Origin: a virus
Taxonomy: Duplodnaviria; Caudoviricetes
DNA length: 52,217 nt
Virus record (IMG/VR): IMGVR_UViG_3300020034_000023
Location: 1-52,217 of that record
Strand: one strand, 5' to 3'
The translations under genes were made by a program, and so were the position numbers. Each line of letters opens with the position of its first letter. The stretch's first letter is position 1. Shown here one piece after another: positions 38,589-48,474 of this stretch. The notes under the pieces are model-generated. The model was not told the DNA's origin. It searched no databases and saw only the letters and a list, made by a program, of their open reading frames with translations.

Positions 38589-39932
38589 CTAGACTTTGAC
38601 CACCTCCGCCCCGATTTCGTAGTACTGCTTCAAGCGGGCGAGGTGGAATCCCTGAAAGATCGAGTTGTAATCGACCAAATCGAGGATGATGGGCTGCTTC
38701 TTATCGTCCAAGAACCGAAGGACGCGTCCCACAGCCTGAGTGACATCAGCTCGCGGTGTGGCCATCACCAACGTGTCCCAGATAGGCACGTCCGTTCCGG
38801 TTGCACACATTTTGTAGGTGCCGAGGATGATTACACGATTCTTCGCCAGTTTCAGTTCTGGCTTCTTCATGCCCCCTACATAGTAGCCGATTTCGTTACC
38901 CGGCACACCTTCATTCGTCAACATTTGGAAGAGCCGGTTCAGATGCCCCTCACGTAGGTCGGACATCACCAGCGTGCGCCGTCCGTTCTTCCATGATTGC
39001 AGGACGAAGTTGACGATTTCCATGTTCCGTCCGTCCGAATTCGCCATCGCCTTGGCGACCAGCATCATGCGGCCGGGGCCATGTGGGATGGGGATCTGCT
39101 GCCAGCCATTGCCCACCAGCTGCCGCCGACACGGGATGCGCCATCCGGTCTGTCGCACCAAAATCTTGGGCTTCATCCCGATGATGTGACCCTGCACCAG
39201 CGTCGGCCCAATATGCCAGTGCAGGAGCTGCGTCTTCCCATCCTTCCGATTCGGCGTGGCACTGAACCCGAGCCGTGATTTAGCCGAGAACAACTGGCAG
39301 ACCCGAACGAAGCACTCCGCTGCCATCTGATGCACTTCATCCAGTACCATCAACCCGAAGTAGCGATACATCGCCGATGGGTACTTGTCGGGAATCATGA
39401 GGCTCTGCACCATCCCGATGACAAACTGCTTCCCCACCCAGTCACAGACGTCGCCTTGGATGTGCCCCACCAATGACGGCGGGATACCGAGCACGTTGAT
39501 CAGTGAATCGCGCCACTGCGCCACCAGATCGTCCTTCGTGACCACAATCAGCGTGGCCTGTCCGAACCGTGCCGCGATCCAACCACCCACGATGGTCTTA
39601 CCCCATCCGGTGGGAGCCTCGAAGATGTGGTTCCGCTCATCGATCAGGAGCTGCAACGATTGCTGGGCGCACACGCCTTGCTCATGGCGGGCCGTGAAGG
39701 TGACAGGAATCGAATTCTGTGGCCCGCGTGACCGCCAGTCATTCGGTCCCATGGCGTAGGGCGCACTCTCACGAGGCACCAGCAACGTGTTGCCCTTCCG
39801 AATGGCTCCGCGCACCTCTTCCCCATACGCCGACTCAAACGTGTACAACGCTTCGAGCCCCTCGTTGTAGGGGAAGGACGACATCGCCGCCGTCGTGATC
39901 GGGATGTCTACGGTGACGAAGCCGTGCTTCAC
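38589..39932 (-). CDS. SF2 helicase (UvsW/XPB-like)
   Basis: APTGWGKT, DEVH, SAT, QAVGRVLR. Confidence 0.93.
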   Translation of the reverse strand: MKHGFVTVDIPITTAAMSSFPYNEGLEALYTFESAYGEEVRGAIRKGNTLLVPRESAPYAMGPNDWRSRGPQNSIPVTFTARHEQGVCAQQSLQLLIDERNHIFEAPTGWGKTIVGGWIAARFGQATLIVVTKDDLVAQWRDSLINVLGIPPSLVGHIQGDVCDWVGKQFVIGMVQSLMIPDKYPSAMYRYFGLMVLDEVHQMAAECFVRVCQLFSAKSRLGFSATPNRKDGKTQLLHWHIGPTLVQGHIIGMKPKILVRQTGWRIPCRRQLVGNGWQQIPIPHGPGRMMLVAKAMANSDGRNMEIVNFVLQSWKNGRRTLVMSDLREGHLNRLFQMLTNEGVPGNEIGYYVGGMKKPELKLAKNRVIILGTYKMCATGTDVPIWDTLVMATPRADVTQAVGRVLRFLDDKKQPIILDLVDYNSIFQGFHLARLKQYYEIGAEVVKV

Positions 39933-40033
39933 AGATCCTCCATGAAAACCTCTGACCCCCTACGTGCTACCTGTACCGGACAGATGGCCAGTGAACCTAG
40001 GAACAGTCCGCTTACACGTAGGAGGTCAGACCT

Positions 40034-40204
40034 TTATAACTTGTGCGCCGCGCGTTTCACGAGATAATTCTGCTTCTGATCTTCCGCGCACTGACTACAG
40101 CGTTGCTTCGGCCACCGGTCATTTACGTGCGGACCAGAGACACAGAGCTTCTTGCGTCGTTGCGCGGCGACATACGTCTTGTTGTTGACCCGTGTCTGCT
40201 TCAC
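40034..40204 (-). CDS. 56-aa Cys/His microprotein (not in the ORF track)
   Basis: GAAGGAG SD, GTG start; C...H...CSQC. Confidence 0.5.
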   Translation of the reverse strand: MKQTRVNNKTYVAAQRRKKLCVSGPHVNDRWPKQRCSQCAEDQKQNYLVKRAAHKL

Positions 40205-40971
40205 AGCTCCTTCGAGTAATCCACCGTCTGCGCAGGCGTGGACGCCATGCCGCTGGCTGGAGCCGTCATGGTGTCCGGCTTCCCGAGCCCGAGGGCGCGC
40301 AACTCCATGCTGGACCGGTAGCTGATTTCCTTCTCGTAGTCCGCCACGGTGAAGTTGGTGACCTTCTTCTTGGTGTTGGTGGTGGGGTCCGTCTTCTCCA
40401 CCATAAACATCTTCTCCAGCTCGGCCCGCTCGCGCTTCTCTACGAAGTCGAACATCGATCCGACGCCTGCCGACTTGTCGCCGACACGGGAGACGTCGAA
40501 CGTGGCACAGGCCAGCCCCGCGCGTTTGCCCCCAATCTTGTTGAGAATCTCGAACGTCTGCGGCTTGGCCACGAGTAGCCGCTTCTGATCCTTGTAGGTT
40601 TTCGTCTTGTCCTTGCTGTGCGTGGTGCGGTGGTCGAGCACCGTGAAGAGGGCTACCAACGAGGGGCGGTCACCGGACTGGCAGATGGGGCATGGGTCGC
40701 TCGCGGTCTCCGGCATGGTCTTTTCCGGACACACGAAGAAGTTCATCCAGCTACCATTGAGATAGAGGTTGTGTTCGTAGTAACGGGGTGGCTGGAGATA
40801 CCCCTCGGTGGTGAGGTCGCCGTCAATGAAGGTGATGCGCGCTTCTTCCTTTTCCTTGAGCCAGAACCGGAACATCTTCCCTTGGCTCTCACGATACGCC
40901 TGCGCTTCGGCCTCTTGTTTCTTGGCCAGTTGGGCACTCGCGGCCCCTTTTTTGAGAAACTCTAATGCCAT
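40201..40971 (-). CDS. Phage single-stranded DNA-binding protein (gp32-like, Zn)
   Basis: EH.....W..F.CP...CPIC pattern; located in the replication module. Confidence 0.7.
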   Translation of the reverse strand: MALEFLKKGAASAQLAKKQEAEAQAYRESQGKMFRFWLKEKEEARITFIDGDLTTEGYLQPPRYYEHNLYLNGSWMNFFVCPEKTMPETASDPCPICQSGDRPSLVALFTVLDHRTTHSKDKTKTYKDQKRLLVAKPQTFEILNKIGGKRAGLACATFDVSRVGDKSAGVGSMFDFVEKRERAELEKMFMVEKTDPTTNTKKKVTNFTVADYEKEISYRSSMELRALGLGKPDTMTAPASGMASTPAQTVDYSKEL

Positions 40972-41026
40972 ACGTTCTCCTTTTCGGTCAACGGCGTGAC
41001 CATAGGTTGTCCCAAACGGACGAACC

Positions 41027-41080
41027 AGTCTACGCTAAACAGACTTATTTGTCAAGAGGTAGGAAGTGCAATCAATTGCA
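41027..41080 (-). promoter_or_regulatory. Promoter with TGCA-box 11 bp upstream of -35
   Basis: TTGACA-17-TAGACT; box at 41067-41080. Confidence 0.85.
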
Positions 41081-41082
41081 CG

Positions 41083-42042
41083 CTATAGCAGGGCGTCAAT
41101 GCGGTCTTTGAGATATTCCACCGCGCAGTCATCCGGGTCATGGGCTCCTTCATCGAGCCAGATCGCCTTGTACCCAATCCCCAGTTGCGCGCAGTACTTG
41201 GCGTACAACACCATGCTCATCTGCCCCGTCTTGTCCGTATCGGGGATCTGAATGATGAAGGGACAGTCGCCGAGCTTTTTGAACTTCTCCCATGACGGCT
41301 TCGCGGTGAGGGCTGCCAGCGTCTTCGGGTAGGCTTGCACGGTCTTCCAACAATCGAACTGCCCCTCCACAATCACAGCGGGGCCGGACAGGTTCAGCGC
41401 CTGCTCATGGTACCAGACGAGGCGATTGTTGTTCGAGCCTTGCCAACTGTAGTCGTAGTGCTTGCCGGGGCCGGTGGTCTCCGGATGGATGGACCGGCCT
41501 CGGGCTCCGGCGAGCCGTCCAAACACATCCCGGTAGGGCGCGACGATCATGTGCCGCTTCAGGTCGAAGCGCAAGTCATGCTGCGCCATCTGCGTGACAG
41601 TAACCCCTCGGGTTAAGAGATAGGCATTCGCCACGTCAATCCACGCCACGGGGGTGAAACTATCGAGCCAGTACTGCGGCCATTCCTGAAACACCTGATC
41701 CGGCCTAGGGAATTCCCCGTAGGCGGGTAAGGGTTGCACCTCAGAGGGAGTGGTCAGCAATTCATGGCAGAGAGCAAAGTTGTATTGATGCGCGGTGGAT
41801 TTGGCGTACAGCTCCACGGCATGGAGCAATTCTTCCGCACTCCCCGCCTGACAGGCAAAGCACGAGTAGTGGCTCCGACCTTCGGGGTCAATGCGAAGTC
41901 CGAAACTGGGGGAATGGTCAGCGTGCTTTTCATGCAGCCACGGCGCGAGCGGACAGCTGGCCTCCACCCACCCGTTATCCTTCACGCGGATGTGATTCGC
42001 CCCAAGGGCCTGTAAGAACGCGACACACTGGTCGGCGGTCAT
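41083..42042 (-). CDS. DNA primase (Zn finger + TOPRIM)
   Basis: CP...H....D.SPSF...CFAC; IVEGQFD; D.D..G; DP. Confidence 0.88.
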   Translation of the reverse strand: MTADQCVAFLQALGANHIRVKDNGWVEASCPLAPWLHEKHADHSPSFGLRIDPEGRSHYSCFACQAGSAEELLHAVELYAKSTAHQYNFALCHELLTTPSEVQPLPAYGEFPRPDQVFQEWPQYWLDSFTPVAWIDVANAYLLTRGVTVTQMAQHDLRFDLKRHMIVAPYRDVFGRLAGARGRSIHPETTGPGKHYDYSWQGSNNNRLVWYHEQALNLSGPAVIVEGQFDCWKTVQAYPKTLAALTAKPSWEKFKKLGDCPFIIQIPDTDKTGQMSMVLYAKYCAQLGIGYKAIWLDEGAHDPDDCAVEYLKDRIDALL

Positions 42043-43501
42043 CGTTTGGCGAACTGGTCCCGCATCATTCCGAAGATCAGCTCGGAGAGCCGCGTGGCGT
42101 AGGCGGCGGCGTCCTCTATCCGGACCCCCGTCTTCGCGCAAAAGGTAGCCGTCTCTTCAGCGAGTCTGGCTTTGTAAAACTCCGGCAGTTCCGGAGGTAC
42201 GATCTTCAACACCGTCACCACCGAGCGCGGCTCCGAAGTGTGATGCGCATCCGAGGGGGGATCATGGTCATTCTGCATCGTCACGCCTTTTCTTTGAGGA
42301 GTACTTCCAACTGCACCTTGATCGCGTCGAGTAATTCTCGGGCCTCCGTGGTCCACAGCACTTCACGTTTGGCTAGATCCTTGGCCGAGGTCACCACGAG
42401 CCCCGCCAACCCTTTCCGATACACAGCCAGCTCCGCTACTACCCCTTCTTGCGCGCGTAGCTTGATGACTTCGGTGTGGCGAATCCGATAGTACTGGAGC
42501 ACCACAATCCACACCAACATGATGGTACACACCACGTTCACGAGCGTCAGCAACGTCAACACTTTCAGAACCGTCATTCACTCTCCAGTAGCACGGCCAG
42601 AGATTTCCACCCATTAGCGCGCAGGATGGCCAGAATCTCCTTGGCCCGATCCGCACTCCGGAACAAGCCTCGGTATTCGTTGGCGAGTGCACTGGCGTCT
42701 CGGGCGGTCATTGGAGTTTCCGGGCGAGCTTCACGACCACCGTGATGATCATGGCAAAGAATGCCAGCCACAGCAGGGCCAAGCCCGCATTGATGAGAGT
42801 GTACCAGACATTATTCATCGGAGTCGTTTCCAGTTGGTGCAACAGTTGTTGCGGGGATGTGGCGTATCCTGCCCGTCAAGACTCTCACACGTGCCCCACC
42901 CGAGCACCCAGCCCACGACCCACCATGCGCGCTCCACACCTGCGTCCCAGAAGGCATCAAAATTCACCGTCAGCTCCTTCAGCACATGAACATGTAATGC
43001 GTCCGACCACCGCCTTTAGAACACGCGACGGGAGCGGCCTTCGGCCGGTCATCCTTCTGCCAATTCTTCGCTGTCCCAGCAGGCATGGTGGCTCGCACCC
43101 AATCAAGCGCCTCCTCCCACGTGCCATAGGAGCACACCTGACACTGGAGGAGTTTCCACCACGTGACTTCATGCAACGGATCGCCGATGTCGTCAGTCTC
43201 AGGCATGGTGAACTCAAATTTTAGAGGGCTGGCTTTCGGTGGCATATGACTCACCAAAGCTGTGCTGCGCCGCCCCCAGAACGCTACGGGAGTGTGCCAG
43301 TCGGCCAACCGGCACACCCTAATTGCACTCTAAACTCTTACCAGTACTTGATGGCGAAGTGCGCGACGACGTAGAGCATCCCCACCGGCACCGCCACCAG
43401 AAGCAGCCAGAAGAAAGTCAACGCGATGGCCTTCCCCCACATCTTCAGAATGAAGTACCGATCCTCCTCACGTCGCCGGAGTTCGCCGCCGTGAAGCGGG
43501 T

Positions 43502-44068
43502 TCATTTCTTCACCGGCCGCGTCGCCTTCAGCGTCCGGCTCCCCGGCACTTCTTCCGTGTGCTGGGCCAGCTCGAAGCCGCCGAGCATGGTCTTCAGCGG
43601 CGTGATGGAGATGTCCACCACGTTCTCGGCCGCTTCCCGGCCATACTTGTCGAAGAGATACTCGATGAGTTTCAGCGGGTCCGACGCCACCGTCTTAGTG
43701 CTCCGCACCGAGAACTCGATTTCCCCCTCCGGGCTCGTGAACAGCGCGGGCTTGTTGTCGGCGAACAGCTCGTTGGCCGACTGCGCCAGCACCTTCCGGA
43801 TCTTCTCCATCTGGGCGACCGTTTCCTTCATGTCGTGCTCCACATACTTCCGGTAGAGCGCGATGTATTTCACGGTCTGGGCTTCGAGTTCAGATATCGC
43901 CTCGGCATCCGGGGTCACCACCACCTTGTGGATGGTCGGTTCCACGACGGCAGTCGCCGGGGATGGGGCCGCGAGCGAGGCTTCCAGCGCGGCGTGGAGC
44001 TTCGAGACGGCAATCGCTTTGGCCACCGCTGCTTTCTTCGGGGCCGGAACTTTCATGAGTAATGCCAT
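43502..44068 (-). CDS. Hypothetical phage protein
   Basis: Own promoter and CAAGGAG SD; 188 aa. Confidence 0.7.
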   Translation of the reverse strand: MALLMKVPAPKKAAVAKAIAVSKLHAALEASLAAPSPATAVVEPTIHKVVVTPDAEAISELEAQTVKYIALYRKYVEHDMKETVAQMEKIRKVLAQSANELFADNKPALFTSPEGEIEFSVRSTKTVASDPLKLIEYLFDKYGREAAENVVDISITPLKTMLGGFELAQHTEEVPGSRTLKATRPVKK

Positions 44069-44093
44069 GGTTCACACTCCTTGTGACTCCGGT

Positions 44094-44122
44094 AGTATAC
44101 CACTCAGACTACCGTTTGTCAA
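44094..44122 (-). promoter_or_regulatory. sigma70-type promoter
   Basis: TTGACA-17-TATACT. Confidence 0.85.
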
Positions 44123-44600
44123 CTAATCCCACACCTCATCGCGATAGCGGTAGCCGCGCACGACCCCACCCCACCCGTAGACGGCGCGGAGGTAGCCGCG
44201 ATGGCGCACGAGACGGCGGAGACGAAGTTTCTTCGAGCGTTTACCAGTCATTTGAATTTGGCCGTCAGCTGCGTTTTGCACGCAATGCAGTGCAAGTTGA
44301 AAAAGATGGTCGTGCCATCCTTGTGATGGCGCTGATCCTGATCGCACCAGTATCCGAGCCAGTCCGACTCCGGTATCGTGTGATCGATGACGTGCGGCGT
44401 CTCGGTCTGATGGGCATCGCTCAGGAATTCAGCCTGTGCGCCGTCTCCATCACCCGCGTGTGCCCGCGCATCGAGTGACTGTGGGGGTCGTCGTTTGGCC
44501 ATTTTTGCTCCTGAAAAGAGTAGGGTGCGCTTCGACGCCAGAACTCCCATCAACGGCCCGTGCCTCCGGTTGACACCTTGGCTCCACGCACCCCGCGAAG

Positions 44601-44676
44601 TGGCTGGCACGGCAGGACTCGAACCTGCGACCTTGGGATTAACAGTCCCCTGCACTACCGACTGTGCTACATGCCA
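44601..44676 (-). tRNA. tRNA-Asn(GUU)
   Basis: 76-nt cloverleaf, loop CUGUUAA, U1-A72, G73, encoded CCA. Confidence 0.95.
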
Positions 44677-44770
44677 TCGTAAAAAGGTGCCCGGTGGTGA
44701 TGGGTTCCCGCGTCCACCTCCCACCGGGTTCGGACAGGGCTCCTCGTCGCCTACTGCCCTGACAAGAGCT

Positions 44771-44813
44771 AGTATACCACAATCTGAGGGTTTGTCAACT
44801 GCACTCAGTTGCA
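44771..44813 (-). promoter_or_regulatory. Promoter with TGCA-box 1 bp upstream of -35
   Basis: TTGACA-16-TATACT; box at 44800-44813. Confidence 0.85.
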
Positions 44814-44814
44814 G

Positions 44815-46101
44815 TCAAACCCATTGGAGTTCCGGATTCAGGTCCGCCACGGTGGTGCCGACTGGGGGATTGGTCTGGTTGAACTGCATGGCCTGAAAGT
44901 CCCACGCGATGGAGAAATGACCGACTTCCCCGTTGCGCCCCTTCATCACCTGCACCTTCCGCTCCTTCATGGTTTCGACCGAATCCTCCTGATAGAGCGA
45001 CAGGGCGATGGAACTGATCTGGCCGATGGCGTCCGAGTAGCCAATATCCTCCAGATCCCCCTTCTCCCCGGTGCCTTTCTTTTGCTTCTTCGAGGCATCC
45101 CGGTTGAACTGCCAACTACAGAACGCCATCATGTCGAGGTCGGTGCAATGCCGTTTGATCAGCTCCACATTCTCCGCCGCCCGCGTGAACCGATCCAGCT
45201 TGAAGTTTTTGTGCCGAAGCAGATACGCCCCGTCCACCACCACGATGGGACATTCGAGCATGTCGGCAAGAGCGAAGATGTCTTCCACGTTGGCGGCAAG
45301 GTTCCCGTCGATCACGTAGAACTTGGCTTGCTCCAGCGCCATCCCCTTGAGCCCGGTATAGAACTTGGCGAGGGTCTGGGTGCTGTAGCCGCCGACCTTC
45401 AGCTGTTGGATGTTCTGCTTCGTGTACATGGCGGTGACCCGCTGGGCAATCGGGAGGGTCATCATCTCCATAGAGACGTAGAGCACGTTCATCTGCCGGA
45501 TGGTCCAGTTGTAGAGGGCGATCCACAACGTGAGCCACGTCTTCCCCACCGCTGGACGGCCCACGATGGAGACCACATCCCCCGGCATCACGCCCCCGCT
45601 CTGCTGATCCATGTAGGGCCAGCCGAAGTACGCCACGGTGTCGGACACGAGCGCGTTGTGGTAGGCGGTGAGCACCAGCGAGGGCGCTTCCACGCCGACG
45701 TCCAGAATCCGGAACCGGTACTTCTGCTCGGTGATGTCTCGCACGCACGCGCGCAGCGCATCGAGCGCCGCTTCATGGGCATTCTGATCCGACTTCAGCA
45801 ACGACTGCGTGTCCAGATTCGCCTTGTTCAGCCGCTCGTAGAAGTATTGGTTTTCGAGCAGCTGAATGTAGTAGCTACTGGGCTCCGGCACCTCCACGAC
45901 CCCGACGTCTGGAAACGCGGCATGCAGGGTATCGAGCTGCGGTAACACGTGATGGCCTTTGAGATGATCCGTCACCCATGCGAACAACGGTTGCTCGTAC
46001 GGCTTGAAGAGCAGCGGACTCAATTTCGCCCGTGACCACTCCATCGGATTCTGTTCGGCGCACAAGCGTTTGATGACTTTAAGTCCAAGGGCATACGACA
46101 T
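44815..46101 (-). CDS. dnaB: DnaB-like replicative helicase
   Basis: GRPAVGKT, SMEM, VVDG, Q.NR, SD.I.Q, KGRNG. Confidence 0.93.
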   Translation of the reverse strand: MSYALGLKVIKRLCAEQNPMEWSRAKLSPLLFKPYEQPLFAWVTDHLKGHHVLPQLDTLHAAFPDVGVVEVPEPSSYYIQLLENQYFYERLNKANLDTQSLLKSDQNAHEAALDALRACVRDITEQKYRFRILDVGVEAPSLVLTAYHNALVSDTVAYFGWPYMDQQSGGVMPGDVVSIVGRPAVGKTWLTLWIALYNWTIRQMNVLYVSMEMMTLPIAQRVTAMYTKQNIQQLKVGGYSTQTLAKFYTGLKGMALEQAKFYVIDGNLAANVEDIFALADMLECPIVVVDGAYLLRHKNFKLDRFTRAAENVELIKRHCTDLDMMAFCSWQFNRDASKKQKKGTGEKGDLEDIGYSDAIGQISSIALSLYQEDSVETMKERKVQVMKGRNGEVGHFSIAWDFQAMQFNQTNPPVGTTVADLNPELQWV

Positions 46102-46626
46102 CTAATCCGTGACCACCTTGAAGCGACTGAGGAAATCTCGAAACGGCGCACCATACACACTGATGATGGCGGTCAAGTCTTCGACGTACACGACGGTGGG
46201 CTTGCTCTTGATGGAGCGTTCGAGCAACAGGTCATACACCGACTGCACGCGCCACGGCGGCATGTTCTTGGACATGGCCGTCATGCACAGATTCGGGATG
46301 ATGAGCACCGAGGGGTTCGGCGGAACGCCCCCATGCAGGGTGCTGTCAATGAGCGAATTCAACGGACACACGCGCGCATCCACGTAGTTCCGAATCAGGG
46401 CTGCCGCAATCGCCTGACACCGGGTATCGGGGCGCGCGACGCCATTGAGCACGAGTCCGGGGGTGCCGTCTTTCAAATAGGTCCAGAACTTCTTCACCCA
46501 GTCAATTTCGTCCGGTCCACAATTCTTCGTCATGGACTCGTACAGAAAATGTCCTTGGATGCCTGCGATGGAGCAGACGTTTTCAAAGTCGGCGATGATG
46601 CGAGCGTGTTCGAGCGCGTCCAACAT
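46102..46626 (-). CDS. DnaC/IstB-like helicase loader, degenerate
   Basis: Between initiator and DnaB; GLVL.G...AIA..L and LL.ER....KPT, but no GKT. Confidence 0.55.
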   Translation of the reverse strand: MLDALEHARIIADFENVCSIAGIQGHFLYESMTKNCGPDEIDWVKKFWTYLKDGTPGLVLNGVARPDTRCQAIAAALIRNYVDARVCPLNSLIDSTLHGGVPPNPSVLIIPNLCMTAMSKNMPPWRVQSVYDLLLERSIKSKPTVVYVEDLTAIISVYGAPFRDFLSRFKVVTD

Positions 46627-46635
46627 GACGATGGT

Positions 46636-47709
46636 TTACCCCTTGAGCCCCGCCAACATGTCCGCCAACTCCTGTGCGGTCATCCGGTGCGGGACATCCT
46701 CTGGTCGAGTCGCTGCAACTGATTGCACGACGGGTGCCGTCGAGGTCACAGCGACCGGCGTGGGTGGTGGACGGAGGAGGTTCACCACCACGGCATGATG
46801 TTTCAACAAGAATCCGATGTGTGGCGACGTGGGATAGGGCGTCCCGGCTTCCGCCCCCGCGCGCGCCGCAAACTTCCACCAATGGTTCACCGCGTAGTCA
46901 ATGACGTCACGTGTTGTATCACCACAATACTGGCACAACTGCTTCAGTTGGCCCGCTTCTTTTCCGGTGAGGGGTTTTTGATACCCGCCACACACCGTGG
47001 CACACCGACTCGCCCAGAAGGCACTGAGTTTCCCAGTCGCCGGGGAGGGTGCCGCCCGTTTCGCCGCCACAATCTCCGATGCTTTCACGAGGGCCTCCTC
47101 AGCTCGGCTGTGCGCGCCTGCTTGTACGCTGTCTACTGTACCCCTATTCTCCCTTTCTTCCTTCTCCTTCCCCCCCGCCTCTTGAGCTTGCGTCTGCGCA
47201 AGATCCGGTGTCCGTGTCTCTGTCTGTACTCTCTGTACTAGAGTGGCGTGATTCACACCGCTCTTAGAGTGGCGTGTTTTACACCACTCTAGAGTGGCGT
47301 GTTTGGGTGGGAGCCCCACCTGTAACAGCTTCACCGGGTCGCATAACAAGCGAATATGACTCACGTTCAATCCGGCGAATTTCATCTGCTTGACTTCGAT
47401 CAGCTCGATGGCCCGGAGCACGCGGATGGCCCGCTTATACCGCTCCAGCGTGAGACTACACTCGGCCATCCACTGGTCACGGGTCTTTGCCACCCACATG
47501 CGATCCAGTTTTTGCACACGGAGCTTAGACTTACCGGCCTTGTTCGGTAGATGCCAGAAGACGATCTGCGCAAGGAGTGATCCAACCGTCGTATCACCCC
47601 CCATAAGGGCGATACACTGGGGTCTCACGTTCGGGAAAATGTCGATGGGTCTGGGACAAAGGGAGGGAATGCTGGCGGCTTTGGACACGACACGGCCTTT
47701 CTCGCGCAA
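46636..47709 (-). CDS. Replication initiator / replisome organizer (start uncertain)
   Basis: N-terminal wHTH-like LL.QI.FW...W.AKT...W..E; internal iterons; upstream of loader and DnaB. Confidence 0.75.
   Translation of the reverse strand: MREKGRVVSKAASIPSLCPRPIDIFPNVRPQCIALMGGDTTVGSLLAQIVFWHLPNKAGKSKLRVQKLDRMWVAKTRDQWMAECSLTLERYKRAIRVLRAIELIEVKQMKFAGLNVSHIRLLCDPVKLLQVGLPPKHATLEWCKTRHSKSGVNHATLVQRVQTETRTPDLAQTQAQEAGGKEKEERENRGTVDSVQAGAHSRAEEALVKASEIVAAKRAAPSPATGKLSAFWASRCATVCGGYQKPLTGKEAGQLKQLCQYCGDTTRDVIDYAVNHWWKFAARAGAEAGTPYPTSPHIGFLLKHHAVVVNLLRPPPTPVAVTSTAPVVQSVAATRPEDVPHRMTAQELADMLAGLKG
46714..46727. promoter_or_regulatory. TGCA-box, intragenic (encodes VQSVA)
   Basis: Exact consensus match. 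Confidence 0.75.
47240..47301. repeat. Iteron array / putative replication origin
   Basis: AGAGTGGCGTG at 47240, 47266 and 47291, alternating with inverted ACACCRCTCT at 47255 and 47281. Confidence 0.8.
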
Positions 47710-47758
47710 AGGTGAAGCCCCCCACGCGATTGGGAGGCTTCAGGAAACTTCCGGGTGA

Positions 47759-48472
47759 CTACGCGACGCGCTGCGAAGACCGCGTGTAGAGAATCTCGAA
47801 CGCCTTCAGGAGGGGCGGTGTGCTGATAGCCAGCAACCGATCCAAGAGCGCCTTCACCCGCGACTTGGGTTTGGCCTCCGCCTCCAGCCGCTTCAACAGC
47901 TGGTCAAGCGGATCTTTCCCGAAGTGCATCCGCTCGTAGTGCTCCCGCTTCAGATGGTAGGTGGCTCCAAGACTCGCCAGCTCCCCCTGTGTCTTGTCCC
48001 AGTACGCCATGTCCGGGTAGAACTTGACGTTGAAGCAGTCGCTGGTCAGCTTGCGGATGGCGACGATCCCCAGATCCCCCTTCACCGCTGCCACCAGATA
48101 GGTGGCGGTAGAGGAGAGTCCATCCATCACCCGGAGAATCTCGATCCCCTTGATCCCCGGCATCGGCACGACCGGCAGATCCAGTCGCAGCGAGTGGCCA
48201 TTCACCCGGATGGCCTTCTTGCCGAGGATACTCAGGTCCGAGGCACTCTGAAAGTCGGCATCTCCCTTCGCTGCCGCCTTCGAGCCCTTGGCCTTGCCCT
48301 TGGCCTTCTTCTCGGGTTCTCCCCGCCCCTCCTTCACGGCCAACTCCGCCTTCACAGCCGCTCGGGCCGTGGGGGCGAGGGCCTTCGCCGCAATTACCGC
48401 TTTCCGCTCGGACAACCCCAGCTTGCGCAGCTTGGCCACGAGTTTGTCGAGCAACGACAGCTTCTTCGCCAT
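47759..48472 (-). CDS. Hypothetical basic protein
   Basis: 237-aa ORF, Lys/Ala-rich N-terminus. Confidence 0.7.
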   Translation of the reverse strand: MAKKLSLLDKLVAKLRKLGLSERKAVIAAKALAPTARAAVKAELAVKEGRGEPEKKAKGKAKGSKAAAKGDADFQSASDLSILGKKAIRVNGHSLRLDLPVVPMPGIKGIEILRVMDGLSSTATYLVAAVKGDLGIVAIRKLTSDCFNVKFYPDMAYWDKTQGELASLGATYHLKREHYERMHFGKDPLDQLLKRLEAEAKPKSRVKALLDRLLAISTPPLLKAFEILYTRSSQRVA

Positions 48473-48474
48473 GC

